Shown: positions 38,146 through 47,975, counted from the stretch's first letter. The stretch is 64,000 bases of DNA from Thalassobaculaceae bacterium (GCA_965228875.1 OZ245843.1:3454616-3518615), one strand, 5' to 3'. Program-made: numbers and translations. Notes: generated by a model from the letters alone, not told the origin.

Positions 38146-38898
38146 TCAATCTCTGCGAACGGTCCAGTCGCCCACCAGGGCCTGCCAGACGGCAAGCACC
38201 GCAAGCGCGGCCGTGTCGGCGCGAAGGAGGCGCGCTCCCAAGCTGACAGACGTAACAAACGGCAGGCTGCGAAGCCGGTCAAGTTCCGCATCGGCAAAGC
38301 CGCCTTCCGGTCCGATCAGGAATCCGGCACTTGTATTTGCGCCCCGACGGTGCATCGCAAGCGTTTCGCCGATCGGAACTCCGCCGGTTTCGTCGGCCAC
38401 GATCAAGGCCCGGTCGGCCGGCCAGGCGTCGATCAGGGCGTCGAGTCTGGCCGGTTCCCGCACCTCGGGGACAGTCAGCCTGTCGCTCTGCTCCGCCGCC
38501 TCGACCGCGTTGGCGCGCAGCCGCTCGGTGTTCACCCGGTCGACCATGGTGTGGCGCGTCATCACCGGCCAGAGCAGCGAGGCGCCGAGTTCCGTCGCCT
38601 TCTGGGCGGTGAAATCGATGCGGGCCCGCTTGATCGGCGCGAAGGCGAGCCAGAGGTCGGGCTCGGGCGCCTGCGCGCGTGTCCGTCCGGTCAGCGCGAG
38701 CTCGGCGGATTTCTTCGACACCGCCGCGATCTCGGCCCGCCACTCGCCGTCGACGCCGTTGAACAGCGCGACCGCCTCTCCCGGGCCGAGCCGCAGCACG
38801 TTCTTCAGGTAGTGGGTCTGGTCCTGACCAAGCGCCACCTTGCCGCCTGCGGCCAGCGGCGTGTCGACAAAGAGGCGCGTCTCGATCCCGTCCTTCAT
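38146..38898 (-). CDS. rsmE: 16S rRNA m3U1498 methyltransferase
   Basis: HYLKNVLRL, QKATELG, EAAEQS, IGPEGGF, LGARLLRADTA. Confidence 0.95.
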   Translation of the reverse strand: MKDGIETRLFVDTPLAAGGKVALGQDQTHYLKNVLRLGPGEAVALFNGVDGEWRAEIAAVSKKSAELALTGRTRAQAPEPDLWLAFAPIKRARIDFTAQKATELGASLLWPVMTRHTMVDRVNTERLRANAVEAAEQSDRLTVPEVREPARLDALIDAWPADRALIVADETGGVPIGETLAMHRRGANTSAGFLIGPEGGFADAELDRLRSLPFVTSVSLGARLLRADTAALAVLAVWQALVGDWTVRRD

Positions 38899-38957
38899 CG
38901 GCGCGGTTTAGCGGCGGTCGGGCGAGCGGGCAAGCCTCGCTCGTGCCTCAGCGCCCC

Positions 38958-39344
38958 TCACATCCGTTCGACCCATTCCGAGCGGTCGTAGGGCGGCGTG
39001 CCGGCATCGGCGAAATACTCCTCCGCGCCGAGGATCCTGCCGCCCATCACCCTGTAGAAGCCGACGGCGTAGACCTGCTCCTCGCCGTTGGTGATGTGGA
39101 TGCGGGCGACCGCGCCCTCCGCCGTGGCGTCGACGGTGCGCACCGCGATCTTCCAGTCGCCGGGATAGGTGCGGTTGAGGCCGACATAGTTCTCCGGACT
39201 GGCGATCCGCTCGCCGGTCTGCGGCCAGATCGCCTGGAACCCGCCGTCCAGCAGGCGGGTCACCGCCTCCCAGTCGCGGTGGTTCATCCGCTCCCACAGG
39301 GCGCGGACGGGTTCGGTCGGATCGGAGATCATGGTTGCCAGCAT
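38958..39344 (-). CDS. NTF2/SnoaL-like protein
   Basis: RDW...LL......WPQTGERI.....Y...N..YPG.W; AGGAG RBS. Confidence 0.85.
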   Translation of the reverse strand: MLATMISDPTEPVRALWERMNHRDWEAVTRLLDGGFQAIWPQTGERIASPENYVGLNRTYPGDWKIAVRTVDATAEGAVARIHITNGEEQVYAVGFYRVMGGRILGAEEYFADAGTPPYDRSEWVERM

Positions 39345-39373
39345 GACGGTCTCCTGCTTGCCAAGGGCCGGGA

Positions 39374-39402
39374 ATGTTCTATTTTTGTTCCGACCCTGTC
39401 AA
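39374..39402 (-). promoter_or_regulatory. Alphaproteobacterial LexA (SOS) box overlapping a sigma70 promoter
   Basis: GTTC-TATTTTT-GTTC at 39376-39390; minus strand TTGACA (39402-39397)-N17-GAACAT. Confidence 0.85.
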
Positions 39403-39513
39403 TCCCATTGGTCGCGCTTGATTGCCGGCCCGGCTGCGCGTAGGGTCCGCAACCGATTTCCGAGCCCGTACCGCGCGGCGACCCGCGCACCAGACCGCCG
39501 AAGGAGAGCCCGA

Positions 39514-39846
39514 ATGTCGGACAGCTACACGACCGAGACCGGCGGCCCGGCCGGCAATCCGAACGGCAACCCGGCCACCGCCTCCAGCAGCGAGAGCGAC
39601 TCCCCCTATGTCGGCGGCATCAACGCCGGCCAGCTCGAGTCCTTCATCCAGCGGATCGAGAACCTGGAGGAGGAGAAGGCCAACCTGATGGCCGACATCC
39701 GCGAGATCTTCGCCGAGGCCAAGGCCCAGGGCTACGACGTCAAGATCATGCGCCAGGTCCTCAAGCTCCGGAAAATGGAGGAGGACGACCGCGACGAGCA
39801 GGAGACCCTGCTCGAGGTCTACAAGCGCGCGCTGGGGATGGGATGA
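39514..39846 (+). CDS. gapR: DUF2312/UPF0335 nucleoid-associated protein (GapR)
   Basis: QLESFIQRIENLEEEK...DIREIFAEAKAQGYDVKIMRQV..LRK...YKRALG. Confidence 0.92.
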   Translation: MSDSYTTETGGPAGNPNGNPATASSSESDSPYVGGINAGQLESFIQRIENLEEEKANLMADIREIFAEAKAQGYDVKIMRQVLKLRKMEEDDRDEQETLLEVYKRALGMG

Positions 39847-39862
39847 CGCTCCTGCGGCCGCC

Positions 39863-39882
39863 GTCCTGACGCCCGTCAGGAC
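39863..39882. terminator. Hairpin between convergent gapR and IOR genes
   Basis: GTCCTGAC-gccc-GTCAGGAC. Confidence 0.55.
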
Positions 39883-39929
39883 CTGATCCGGCGGTCGTCC
39901 GGGATGACGGGGGTAGGGAGATCCGCCCC

Positions 39930-42900
39930 CTACTCAGCCGCCCGCTTGGCCGCGTCGGGATTGCGCAGCTGCTCCTCCAGCGCCTTCACCCTGGCCTCCG
40001 CGCGCTCGACATGGGCCTCCTTCACGTGGCCGTAGCCGCGGATCTGCTCAGGCACCAGGGCCAGATCGACCGCCACCGGGTGAGTCTCCGCCGTCAGCCC
40101 GTCGGCCAGCCGCTCCATGCGGGCGATGTACTCGTCGCGCAGGCGACGCTCCATCCGGCGCTCCTCGGTCCTGCCGAAGATGTCGAACATCCCGCCACGC
40201 AGGCCCTTGAACTTTGCGAGCATACCGAACGCACCCAACATCCACGGCCCATAGACCGCCTTCTTCAGCCTGCCGCTCTCCGGGTCGCGCTGGGCGAACA
40301 GCGGCGGGGCGAGGTTGAACTGCAGCTTGAAGTCGCCCTCGAACGTCTCGTTGAGGCGCTTCAGGAAGGTACCGTCGGTATAGAGGCGGGCGACCTCGTA
40401 CTCGTCCTTGATCGCCATCAGCTTGAAGGCGTAGCGGGCGACCGCGCGGGCCAGGGCGTCGCTGCCCGGCACCGCCTTCTTCTCGGCGGCCTCGACCTTC
40501 TCCACCAGCGCCCTGTAACGCCCGGCATAGGCGGCGTCCTGATAGTCGGTCAGAATGTTGAACCGCCGCTCCACCATCTCGGCCAGGGTCTCCGGCGCGG
40601 CGCGGGCCGGGGCCTCGACCTTCGGCGCAACGATCCGTTCCACGGCCTCGCGGTCGTGGGCGGTACGCCGGCCCCACAGGAAGGCCTGTTTGTTGAAATC
40701 CACCGCGACGGCGTTCAGCTCGATCGCCCGCTCGATCGCCGCCGCCGACAACGGCACCAGCCCCTTCTGATAGGCATAACCGAGCATGAACAGGTTGGAG
40801 GCGATGCTGTCGCCGAGCAGCCTGGTGGCGATCCGGTTGGCGTCGACGAAATCCGCGGAGTTGTCGCCGGCCATCTCGCGGATCTGCGCCTGCATCGCCT
40901 CGGCCGGAAACTGCATGTCCGGATTCTGGGTGAAGGCTCCGGTCATGGTCTGCTGGGTGTTGACCACGGCGCGGGTACGCTCGCGGCTCATGGCCTTGAG
41001 CCCGTCCTTGGAGACCGCCGTGGCGATGTCGCAGGCCAGCATCAGGTCGGCCGAGCCGGTGGCGACGCGCGGCGCGTGCACCGCCTCCGGCGAGGCCGCG
41101 ACCTTGACGTGGCTGATGACGGCGCCGCCCTTCTGGGCGAGGCCGGTCATGTCCAGAATGCTGGTGCCTTTGCCCTCCAAGTGGGCAGCCATGCCGATCA
41201 GAGCGCCGATGGTCACCACCCCGGTGCCGCCGATGCCGGTCACCAGGATGCCGTACGGCTCGTCCAGCGCGGGCAGTTCCGGATCCGGCAGCACCTCGAA
41301 CACCGGCGGCGGCATGTCGGATTTCGACGCCTGGCCGGTGCCCTTGCGGACCTTGCCACCGATCACGTTGACGAAGCTCGGGCAGAAGCCCTTCACACAG
41401 GAATAGTCCTTGTTGCAGGTCGACTGGTCGATCTGTCGCTTACGGCCGAACTCGGTCTCGACCGGCTGGATCGACACGCAGTTCGACTGCACGCCGCAGT
41501 CGCCGCAGCCCTCGCAGACCTGCTCGTTGATGAAGATCCGCTTGTTCGGGTCCTCCATCAGGCCGCGCTTGCGCCGCCGGCGCTTCTCCGCCGCGCAGGT
41601 CTGGTCGTAGATGATGACGGTCACCCCCGGCGTCTCGCGCAGCTCGCGCTGCACCGCGTCCAGGGTGTCGCGGTGGTGGACCTTCGTTCCCTCCGGCCAG
41701 ATGCTGTCGGAGGGGTACTTGTCAGGGTCGTCGGTCACCACGTCGACGCGGGCCACACCCTCCGCCGCCACCATGCGGGCGATCATCCAGGGGGTAAGCT
41801 GGTTGTCCGACGGCTGACCGCCGGTCATCGCCACCGCGTCGTTGAACAGGATCTTGTAGGTGATGTTCGCCTTGGCGGCGACCGCCTGGCGGATCGCGAG
41901 GCTGCCCGAATGGTTGAAGGTGCCGTCGCCGAGGTTGGCGAACAGATGCGGCGTCTCGGTGAACGGCGCCATGCCGATCCAGGGCACGCCCTCCCCGCCC
42001 ATCTGGGTGAAGGTCTCGGTGTTGCGCGGCATCCAGGACGCCAGGAAGTGGCAGCCGATCCCGGCCATGGCGCGCGATCCGTCGGGCACCTTGGTCGAGG
42101 TGTTGTGCGGGCAGCCGGAGCAGAAATACGGTGTGCGCGCGAAGTCTGACGGCTTGGCCGTCTCCGACTTCATCCGCTGCTCGACCAGGGCGCGGCGCGC
42201 CTTGACGCGGTCAAGATCGGCAAGCTTCAGCACCCGGTCGGCGATGGCCAGCGCGATCTCGTTGGCGAACAGCTCGCCGTTGACGCGGAACAGCGGCTTG
42301 CCGTCGACGGTCTTCTTGCCCTCGATCCTGGGCCGCCGCGCCTCCGGCTGATCGTAGAGGATCTCCTTGAGCTGCCACTCGATCAGCGAACGCTTCTCCT
42401 CCACCACCAGCACGGTCTCGGCCCCGGCCGTGGCGGCGATGGCGCCCGACGGTTCCAGCGGCCAGGACATGCCGACCTTGTAGACCCGCAGGCCGATGTC
42501 ACGGGCCAACTCGGCGTCGATGCCGAGGTCGTCGAGCGCCTGGCGGACGTCGAGATAGGACTTGCCGGTCGTCACGATGACCAGACGCGGACGGTCCGTG
42601 TCGTAGACCACGGTGTCGAAAGCGTTGGCCTCGGCGAAGGCCCGCACCGCCGGCAGCTTGAAATCCTGCAGCCGGTGCTCCTGGGTGAGCCAGTCGTCCG
42701 GCCAGCGGATGTTGAGTCCGCCCGGCGGCATGTCGAAGTCCGGAATCGTGACGGAGACCGAGCCGGGATCGGCGTCGACCGAGGCGGTGCTGTCCATGAT
42801 CTCGGCTGTGGTCTTGAAGCCGACCCAGCAGCCGCTGAACCGGCTCAGCGCGATGCCGAGCAGGCCGAAATCCAGGGTGTCCTGGACGCCGGCGGGGTTC

Positions 42901-43427
42901 AGCACCGGGATCGAGGCGTCGACGAAGGCGTATTCGCTCTGATGCGGGACGGTCGACGACTTGGCCACATGGTCGTCGCCGGCGAACAGCAGGACGCCGC
43001 CGAGCTTGGAGGCGCCCGCGAAGTTACCGTGCTTGAACACGTCGCCGGAGCGGTCGACCCCCGGCCCCTTGCCGTACCACAGGCCGACCACGCCGTCGGC
43101 GGTGGCGCCCTGGAACAGTCCCGGCTGCTGCGAGCCCCATACGGAGGTCGCCGCCAGTTCCTCGTTCACCCCGGGCTGGAAGTGGATGCGGTGCTCCTGC
43201 AGAAGCTTGCCGGCACGCCAGAGCTGCTGGTCGTATCCGCCAAGCGGGGAGCCGCGGTATCCGGAAATGTAGGTCCCGGTGTCATGGCCCGCAGCCAGAT
43301 CGATCCGGCGCTGGATCATCGGCAGCCGCACGAGCGCCTGCACGCCGGTCAGGAAGATCCGCCCCCTGTCTAGCGTGTACTTGTCGTCGAGCGAAACCTG
43401 CGCAAGCGCTGGGCTTGACTGCACCAT
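39930..43427 (-). CDS. Fused indolepyruvate:ferredoxin oxidoreductase family protein
   Basis: SGYRGSPLGG, FCSGCPHN, GDGT...NDAVAMTGGQ (TPP), CEGCGDC, TGIGGTG, KDEYEVARL. Confidence 0.95.
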   Translation of the reverse strand: MVQSSPALAQVSLDDKYTLDRGRIFLTGVQALVRLPMIQRRIDLAAGHDTGTYISGYRGSPLGGYDQQLWRAGKLLQEHRIHFQPGVNEELAATSVWGSQQPGLFQGATADGVVGLWYGKGPGVDRSGDVFKHGNFAGASKLGGVLLFAGDDHVAKSSTVPHQSEYAFVDASIPVLNPAGVQDTLDFGLLGIALSRFSGCWVGFKTTAEIMDSTASVDADPGSVSVTIPDFDMPPGGLNIRWPDDWLTQEHRLQDFKLPAVRAFAEANAFDTVVYDTDRPRLVIVTTGKSYLDVRQALDDLGIDAELARDIGLRVYKVGMSWPLEPSGAIAATAGAETVLVVEEKRSLIEWQLKEILYDQPEARRPRIEGKKTVDGKPLFRVNGELFANEIALAIADRVLKLADLDRVKARRALVEQRMKSETAKPSDFARTPYFCSGCPHNTSTKVPDGSRAMAGIGCHFLASWMPRNTETFTQMGGEGVPWIGMAPFTETPHLFANLGDGTFNHSGSLAIRQAVAAKANITYKILFNDAVAMTGGQPSDNQLTPWMIARMVAAEGVARVDVVTDDPDKYPSDSIWPEGTKVHHRDTLDAVQRELRETPGVTVIIYDQTCAAEKRRRRKRGLMEDPNKRIFINEQVCEGCGDCGVQSNCVSIQPVETEFGRKRQIDQSTCNKDYSCVKGFCPSFVNVIGGKVRKGTGQASKSDMPPPVFEVLPDPELPALDEPYGILVTGIGGTGVVTIGALIGMAAHLEGKGTSILDMTGLAQKGGAVISHVKVAASPEAVHAPRVATGSADLMLACDIATAVSKDGLKAMSRERTRAVVNTQQTMTGAFTQNPDMQFPAEAMQAQIREMAGDNSADFVDANRIATRLLGDSIASNLFMLGYAYQKGLVPLSAAAIERAIELNAVAVDFNKQAFLWGRRTAHDREAVERIVAPKVEAPARAAPETLAEMVERRFNILTDYQDAAYAGRYRALVEKVEAAEKKAVPGSDALARAVARYAFKLMAIKDEYEVARLYTDGTFLKRLNETFEGDFKLQFNLAPPLFAQRDPESGRLKKAVYGPWMLGAFGMLAKFKGLRGGMFDIFGRTEERRMERRLRDEYIARMERLADGLTAETHPVAVDLALVPEQIRGYGHVKEAHVERAEARVKALEEQLRNPDAAKRAAE

Positions 43428-43619
43428 CTGTCGCCTCCCGGCTCGTCTGGTTGTCTCCCCCTGATTTGGGATGCGAGCCTGTGACTCAAAGGTAAACGGT
43501 GCTGACCTAATCGACAACACACCGTCGGCGAGACCCGCCTCGAAGGCTCGATTAGGACAGATGCGGGCAGGTCTGACAACCGACCCATTGGGCGCACCGC
43601 CTGCCGTCGGCTCCAGGTG

Positions 43620-44213
43620 CTAGACGGCCGAAAGCGGCAGCGTTCCGATGAAGTCGTAGGTGTGGCGAAGGCTCACGGCCGCGTCCGTCACAGTGTCGAA
43701 ACGCTCCTGCTCGATGGCGCCGATCAGGAACCGCCGGGCACCGGACTCGTCGCACAGCGGCAGAATCAGGCGCCGCGCGTAGTAGACCGGTCTGCTTCCG
43801 CGATACACCGTCCCGGCGCTGAATTCGATATGCGGGTCGGCCAGTATCCGCTCGAACCTCGACAACATGCATGTCAGCACGTCGCCGTCGAACACCTCCT
43901 CCAGGTACCGCCCCTTCATCGGCAGGGAAGAATGCGTGCGGATCATCTCCCCGGTCAGCCGGTAGAAGAACCTCCCCTCCGCCTCGCGTTCGACGATGCA
44001 GACGAACGGCAGCAGGCCGGCGCTCGCCAGTCGGAGCGGGTCGATCGCCGACTTTCTCGGCGGCCGGTCGCTGCCATCGCGGAGGTCGTTCCAGACCCGG
44101 AGCAGGGCGCGGCAGTTTTCCGCCTCCTCGATCCGCGACAGGATCTCCTGCGGCGGACCGCTCCACTCCTCGCACATGTCCAAGCTGGTCAAGCGGCTCT
44201 CCCACCTCTCCAC
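43620..44213 (-). CDS. Stand-alone PAS (PAS_5-like) domain protein
   Basis: W..LR.....P....IDP......LP......FFYRLTG...RLILPL. Confidence 0.8.
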   Translation of the reverse strand: MERWESRLTSLDMCEEWSGPPQEILSRIEEAENCRALLRVWNDLRDGSDRPPRKSAIDPLRLASAGLLPFVCIVEREAEGRFFYRLTGEMIRTHSSLPMKGRYLEEVFDGDVLTCMLSRFERILADPHIEFSAGTVYRGSRPVYYARRLILPLCDESGARRFLIGAIEQERFDTVTDAAVSLRHTYDFIGTLPLSAV

Positions 44214-44257
44214 GCTCAGACTACCAAGTCATGGCGGCGGATACGAGAATTGCCTTA

Positions 44258-44298
44258 TTCATTTTCATCAATTGATGAACAATAGTGGATGAAAATGA
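44258..44298. promoter_or_regulatory. AT-rich nested palindrome / FNR-like site in a divergent spacer
   Basis: TTCATCAATTGATGAA (44264-44279); TCATTTTCATC...GATGAAAATGA; TTCAT-N4-ATCAA (44258-44271). Confidence 0.55.
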
Positions 44299-44388
44299 TG
44301 CGCAGCGACCGGCGCGGCCTCGACGGGGCGAACCGGAGAGGTTAAGCAGGCGCGGCAGTCTTGCACGCAGCCTGCGGGAGTTTCCTCG

Positions 44389-45390
44389 ATGACCGTCCTC
44401 GTCACCGGAGCCGCCGGTTTCATCGGCATGCACACCGCGCGTGCCCTGCTCGACCGGGGCGAGCGGGTCGTCGGCATCGACAACCTGAACGCCTACTACG
44501 ACCCGGCGCTCAAGCGGGCGCGGCTGGCCGAGCTCGAGGGGCGCAACGGGTTCAGTTTCGAGCCGATCGACTTTTCGGACCGGGCGGCGATGACCGACTT
44601 CGATGCCCGCCATCCGGAGATCGATCGGATCGTCCATCTCGGCGCCCAGGCCGGCGTGCGGTACTCGATCCGCGAGCCGTTCGACTACGCCAGCGCCAAT
44701 CTGGTCGGCCACCTGGTCATGATGGAGATGGCGCGCGGGCGGATGGAGCCGACCGGCGCCCACGACGGACTGAAGCACTTCGTCTACGCCTCGTCGTCCA
44801 GCGTCTACGGCGCCAACCGCGACATCCCGTTCTCGATCGAGGACCGAGTGGATCGCCCGGTGTCGTTCTACGGCGCCACCAAGAAGGCGAACGAGGTGAT
44901 GACCTACAGCTATGCGAGCCTGTACGGCGTTCCCTCGACCGGACTGCGGTTCTTCACGGTCTACGGCCCCTGGGGCCGGCCCGACATGTCGCCGTGGCTG
45001 TTCACCGAGCGGATCCTGCGGGGCGAGCCGATCCAGGTGTTCAACCACGGCCAGATGCGCCGCGACTTCACCTTCGTCGACGACATCGTCGCCGGCGTCC
45101 TCGCCGCGCTCGACCGCCCACCAGCGGGCGGCGAGAACGGCGTGCCCAACGCCGTCTACAACCTCGGCAACAACGCGCCGGTCGCCCTGCTCGACTATAT
45201 CCGGGTGATCGAGGCGGCCTGCGGCGTGGACGCGAAGCTCGACATGAAGCCGATGCAGCAGGGCGACGTCCTCGAGACCTATGCCGACATCGACGCCAGC
45301 ACCCGCGACCTCGGCTACCGGCCGACGACGTCGATCGAGGAGGGGATTCCCCGCTTCGTCGACTGGTTCCGCCGCTACCACGGGCTGTAG
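44389..45390 (+). CDS. UDP-glucuronate 4-epimerase-like NAD-dependent epimerase
   Basis: GAAGFIG, HLGAQAGVRYS, ASSSSVYG, YGATK, RFFTVYGPWGRPDM. Confidence 0.92.
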   Translation: MTVLVTGAAGFIGMHTARALLDRGERVVGIDNLNAYYDPALKRARLAELEGRNGFSFEPIDFSDRAAMTDFDARHPEIDRIVHLGAQAGVRYSIREPFDYASANLVGHLVMMEMARGRMEPTGAHDGLKHFVYASSSSVYGANRDIPFSIEDRVDRPVSFYGATKKANEVMTYSYASLYGVPSTGLRFFTVYGPWGRPDMSPWLFTERILRGEPIQVFNHGQMRRDFTFVDDIVAGVLAALDRPPAGGENGVPNAVYNLGNNAPVALLDYIRVIEAACGVDAKLDMKPMQQGDVLETYADIDASTRDLGYRPTTSIEEGIPRFVDWFRRYHGL

Positions 45391-45448
45391 GCCGGATTCC
45401 GACCGGTCTCTGCCCGCGACCTACTCCGCCGACCTATTCCGCGCCGGC

Positions 45449-45967
45449 CTACTCCGCCACCGCCTCGCCCGGATGAACGCCCCAGACGTCCGCCCGGCGC
45501 AGCCAGCCGTCGATGCCGGCGACCTCGACCTCGCACCAGTCCTCTCGGCACGCCTCCAGCCAGGCGATGACTCCCGGTTCCAGCCGCGCCATCGGGGCCG
45601 CACTCTCCGAGGGTTCGCGCCGCAGCAGACGCACCGCGGCGAGAACGATCACCGTGCGCCGACCGGACAGCATGGACTGGTGCACCCACCCCTCCGTGCC
45701 CTCGAAGTCGCGGATCTTGCGCCAGGTGTCGAACTCCGCCACCACCTCGACCGGCAGGTTCGGGCGCTGGAACACCCAGTCGATCGGATAGCGTACGCCC
45801 GGTCCGGTGCGGACGTTCACTTCGCGCGCGCGCAATGTCACGTAGCGCGGAATCGGCAGCCCGGTCTCCGTTCCGATCGAGGTCAGCGCCGACGGGCCTC
45901 CGGACTGCGCCGCCGCCGGACCCGAGGGTGCCAGAAGGAGGGCGAGAAGCAGGACAATGGCGCGCAT
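45449..45967 (-). CDS. Secreted tandem bacterial SH3-domain protein
   Basis: TGLPIPRYV, NVRTGPG..YPI.W, W RKIRD.EG.EGWVH.S.LSG. Confidence 0.9.
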   Translation of the reverse strand: MRAIVLLLALLLAPSGPAAAQSGGPSALTSIGTETGLPIPRYVTLRAREVNVRTGPGVRYPIDWVFQRPNLPVEVVAEFDTWRKIRDFEGTEGWVHQSMLSGRRTVIVLAAVRLLRREPSESAAPMARLEPGVIAWLEACREDWCEVEVAGIDGWLRRADVWGVHPGEAVAE

Positions 45968-46050
45968 CTGGGCTTCCGGGTATCGAGGGGTGCGGCGGTT
46001 ATACCGCTATCCATGGCGCTCGTTAAGGCCGCGCACTACAATATGCTTCA

Positions 46051-46110
46051 TCGCAGGGGGTGTCGCAGGGGGTGCCGCAGGAGACGTCGCAGCGGATGTC
46101 GCGGTGCCGC
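46051..46110. repeat. 12-bp tandem repeat x5 (TCGCAGGGGGTG and variants)
   Basis: Copies at 46051, 46063, 46075, 46087 and 46099. Confidence 0.8.
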
Positions 46111-46241
46111 ATCATAGGCTGACGTCACGGGGGCCGGCGGCCTGACCGGGTTCGCCACAGGTGACAGCGTGGCGCGACCCTGCTACCCCACCGCCGCACA
46201 ACGGTCCGGTGCACCGCAGGCCCGTCCGCCGGGAGGAGAGC

Positions 46242-47228
46242 ATGCCGCAGTCCAAGAAGCGCGTGGTCGTCACGCGAAAGCTTCCTGATCCGGTGGAGAC
46301 CCGGATGATGGAGCTGTTCGCGACCGTCCTGAACCTGTCGGACGAGCCGATGACCCGCGACCAGTTGGCGGCGGCGATGCGGGACTGCGACGTCCTGGTG
46401 CCGACGGTGACCGACAGGATCGATGCCGGCCTGATCGAACAGGCCGGAGAGCGCCTGAAGCTGATCGCCTCGTTCGGAACCGGCGTCGACCATATCGACC
46501 TGCGTGCGGCCAAGGCGCGCGGCATCACCGTGACCAATACGCCGGGCGTCCTGACCGAGGACACCGCCGACATGGTGATGGCGCTGATCCTCGCCGTGCC
46601 GCGCCGGGTGGTCGAGGGCAATGCCCTCATCACCTCCGGCAAATGGCGTGGCTGGTCGCCGACCGGAATGCTCGGTCACCGGATCCACGGCAAACGCCTG
46701 GGCATCGTCGGCATGGGCCGCATCGGTCAGGCCGTGGCCAGGCGGGCCCGCGGCTTCGGGCTCTCGGTGCACTACCACAACCGCAAACCGGTTCACGGCG
46801 ACATCGAGGCGGAGCTGGAGGCGACCTACTGGGATAATCTGGATCAGATGGTCGCCCGCATGGACATCGTGTCGCTGAACTGCCCCCACACCCCGGCGAC
46901 CTACCATCTCCTGAACCGCCGCCGCCTGGGGCTGATGCAGCCGCACGCCTATCTGGTCAACACCGCCCGCGGCGAAGTGATCGACCAGGAGGCCCTGGTC
47001 GAGGCCCTGCGCGAACGTCGGATCGCCGGCGCCGGGCTCGACGTCTACGAGCACGAGCCGCAGGTGGCGAGCGGTCTGCTGGACCTAGACACCGTCGTGC
47101 TGCTACCGCACATGGGCAGTGCGACGATCGAAGGAAGACAGGACATGGGCGACAAGGTCATCATCAACGTGAAGACCTTCGTCGACGGCCACACGCCGCC
47201 GGACCGCGTCATCGAAGCGATGTTCTGA
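46242..47228 (+). CDS. D-2-hydroxyacid dehydrogenase (glyoxylate reductase/D-glycerate DH)
   Basis: TNTPGVLTE, GMGRIG, NTARG, LDVYEHEP, LPHMGS; GGAGG RBS. Confidence 0.95.
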   Translation: MPQSKKRVVVTRKLPDPVETRMMELFATVLNLSDEPMTRDQLAAAMRDCDVLVPTVTDRIDAGLIEQAGERLKLIASFGTGVDHIDLRAAKARGITVTNTPGVLTEDTADMVMALILAVPRRVVEGNALITSGKWRGWSPTGMLGHRIHGKRLGIVGMGRIGQAVARRARGFGLSVHYHNRKPVHGDIEAELEATYWDNLDQMVARMDIVSLNCPHTPATYHLLNRRRLGLMQPHAYLVNTARGEVIDQEALVEALRERRIAGAGLDVYEHEPQVASGLLDLDTVVLLPHMGSATIEGRQDMGDKVIINVKTFVDGHTPPDRVIEAMF

Positions 47229-47275
47229 GTCGCCGAGGTGCCTACCCCGTCGCCCGCGCTTCCGCGAGACCGCCG

Positions 47276-47830
47276 TTGAACGACCTGGCTCACCGCTTTC
47301 TGCCCGACGCCGCACCCTCCGTCCTGCGCCCGGTGGTCGAGTACTGGGACGCCAGGCGCGGGAGCCGGCTGATGCCCTCCTTCGACGACATCGATCCGCT
47401 GGACATTCCCTGGGCGTTGAGCAGGCTCTACATTCTGCGGGTGATCGATGGCGGCGACTTCGTCTATCGCCTCGCCGGCACCGAGATCGAGCGACCGTAC
47501 GGCCATCCCCTGAAGGGCACGCGGATCAGCGACCTCTACCCGGCGGACAGCGCCCGGGTCATCCAGGCCCGCTGGAACCGGGTCGCCGCCGAGCCGGCCT
47601 GCTGTTACACGGATACGGAACACCCCTCGCCGCACGGCACCTTCGTCTCGGCACAGCGCGTGACGATGCCGCTTTCCGCCGACGGGCGGACGGTGGACCA
47701 TATCCTTGGGGTAGCGATGTTCGGGAGGATGCGGCTGGACGATCAGCCGCTGGTCGGCGGCGCGGTCATCCGCGACGTGATCTGGGCAAGTCTGGCGACC
47801 GGTCAGGTCACCGCGGAGACGCGGGCATAA
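47276..47830 (+). CDS. Stand-alone PAS (PAS_5-like) domain protein
   Basis: YW...RG.RLMP...DIDP..IP..L, FVYRLAGT, MPLS.DG..VD.ILG. Confidence 0.85.
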   Translation: MNDLAHRFLPDAAPSVLRPVVEYWDARRGSRLMPSFDDIDPLDIPWALSRLYILRVIDGGDFVYRLAGTEIERPYGHPLKGTRISDLYPADSARVIQARWNRVAAEPACCYTDTEHPSPHGTFVSAQRVTMPLSADGRTVDHILGVAMFGRMRLDDQPLVGGAVIRDVIWASLATGQVTAETRA

Positions 47831-47975
47831 CCTCGGTCACCGCGCGGACCGCCGCGATGACGGCCGCGAGCACCGGCTCGCTCACCATGCCGGGCGTCGC
47901 CCCCTCGGCGGCGTCGCTCGGCGTCTTGAATCCGGACAGCTCCGGCGGCGCAATAGGTTGGGCATCGAAGGGCAT
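47808..47975 (-). CDS. Possible 55-aa hypothetical protein
   Basis: AGGGAG RBS before ATG 47975 and an AT-rich upstream region; no homology recognised. Confidence 0.35.
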   Translation of the reverse strand: MPFDAQPIAPPELSGFKTPSDAAEGATPGMVSEPVLAAVIAAVRAVTEVMPASPR

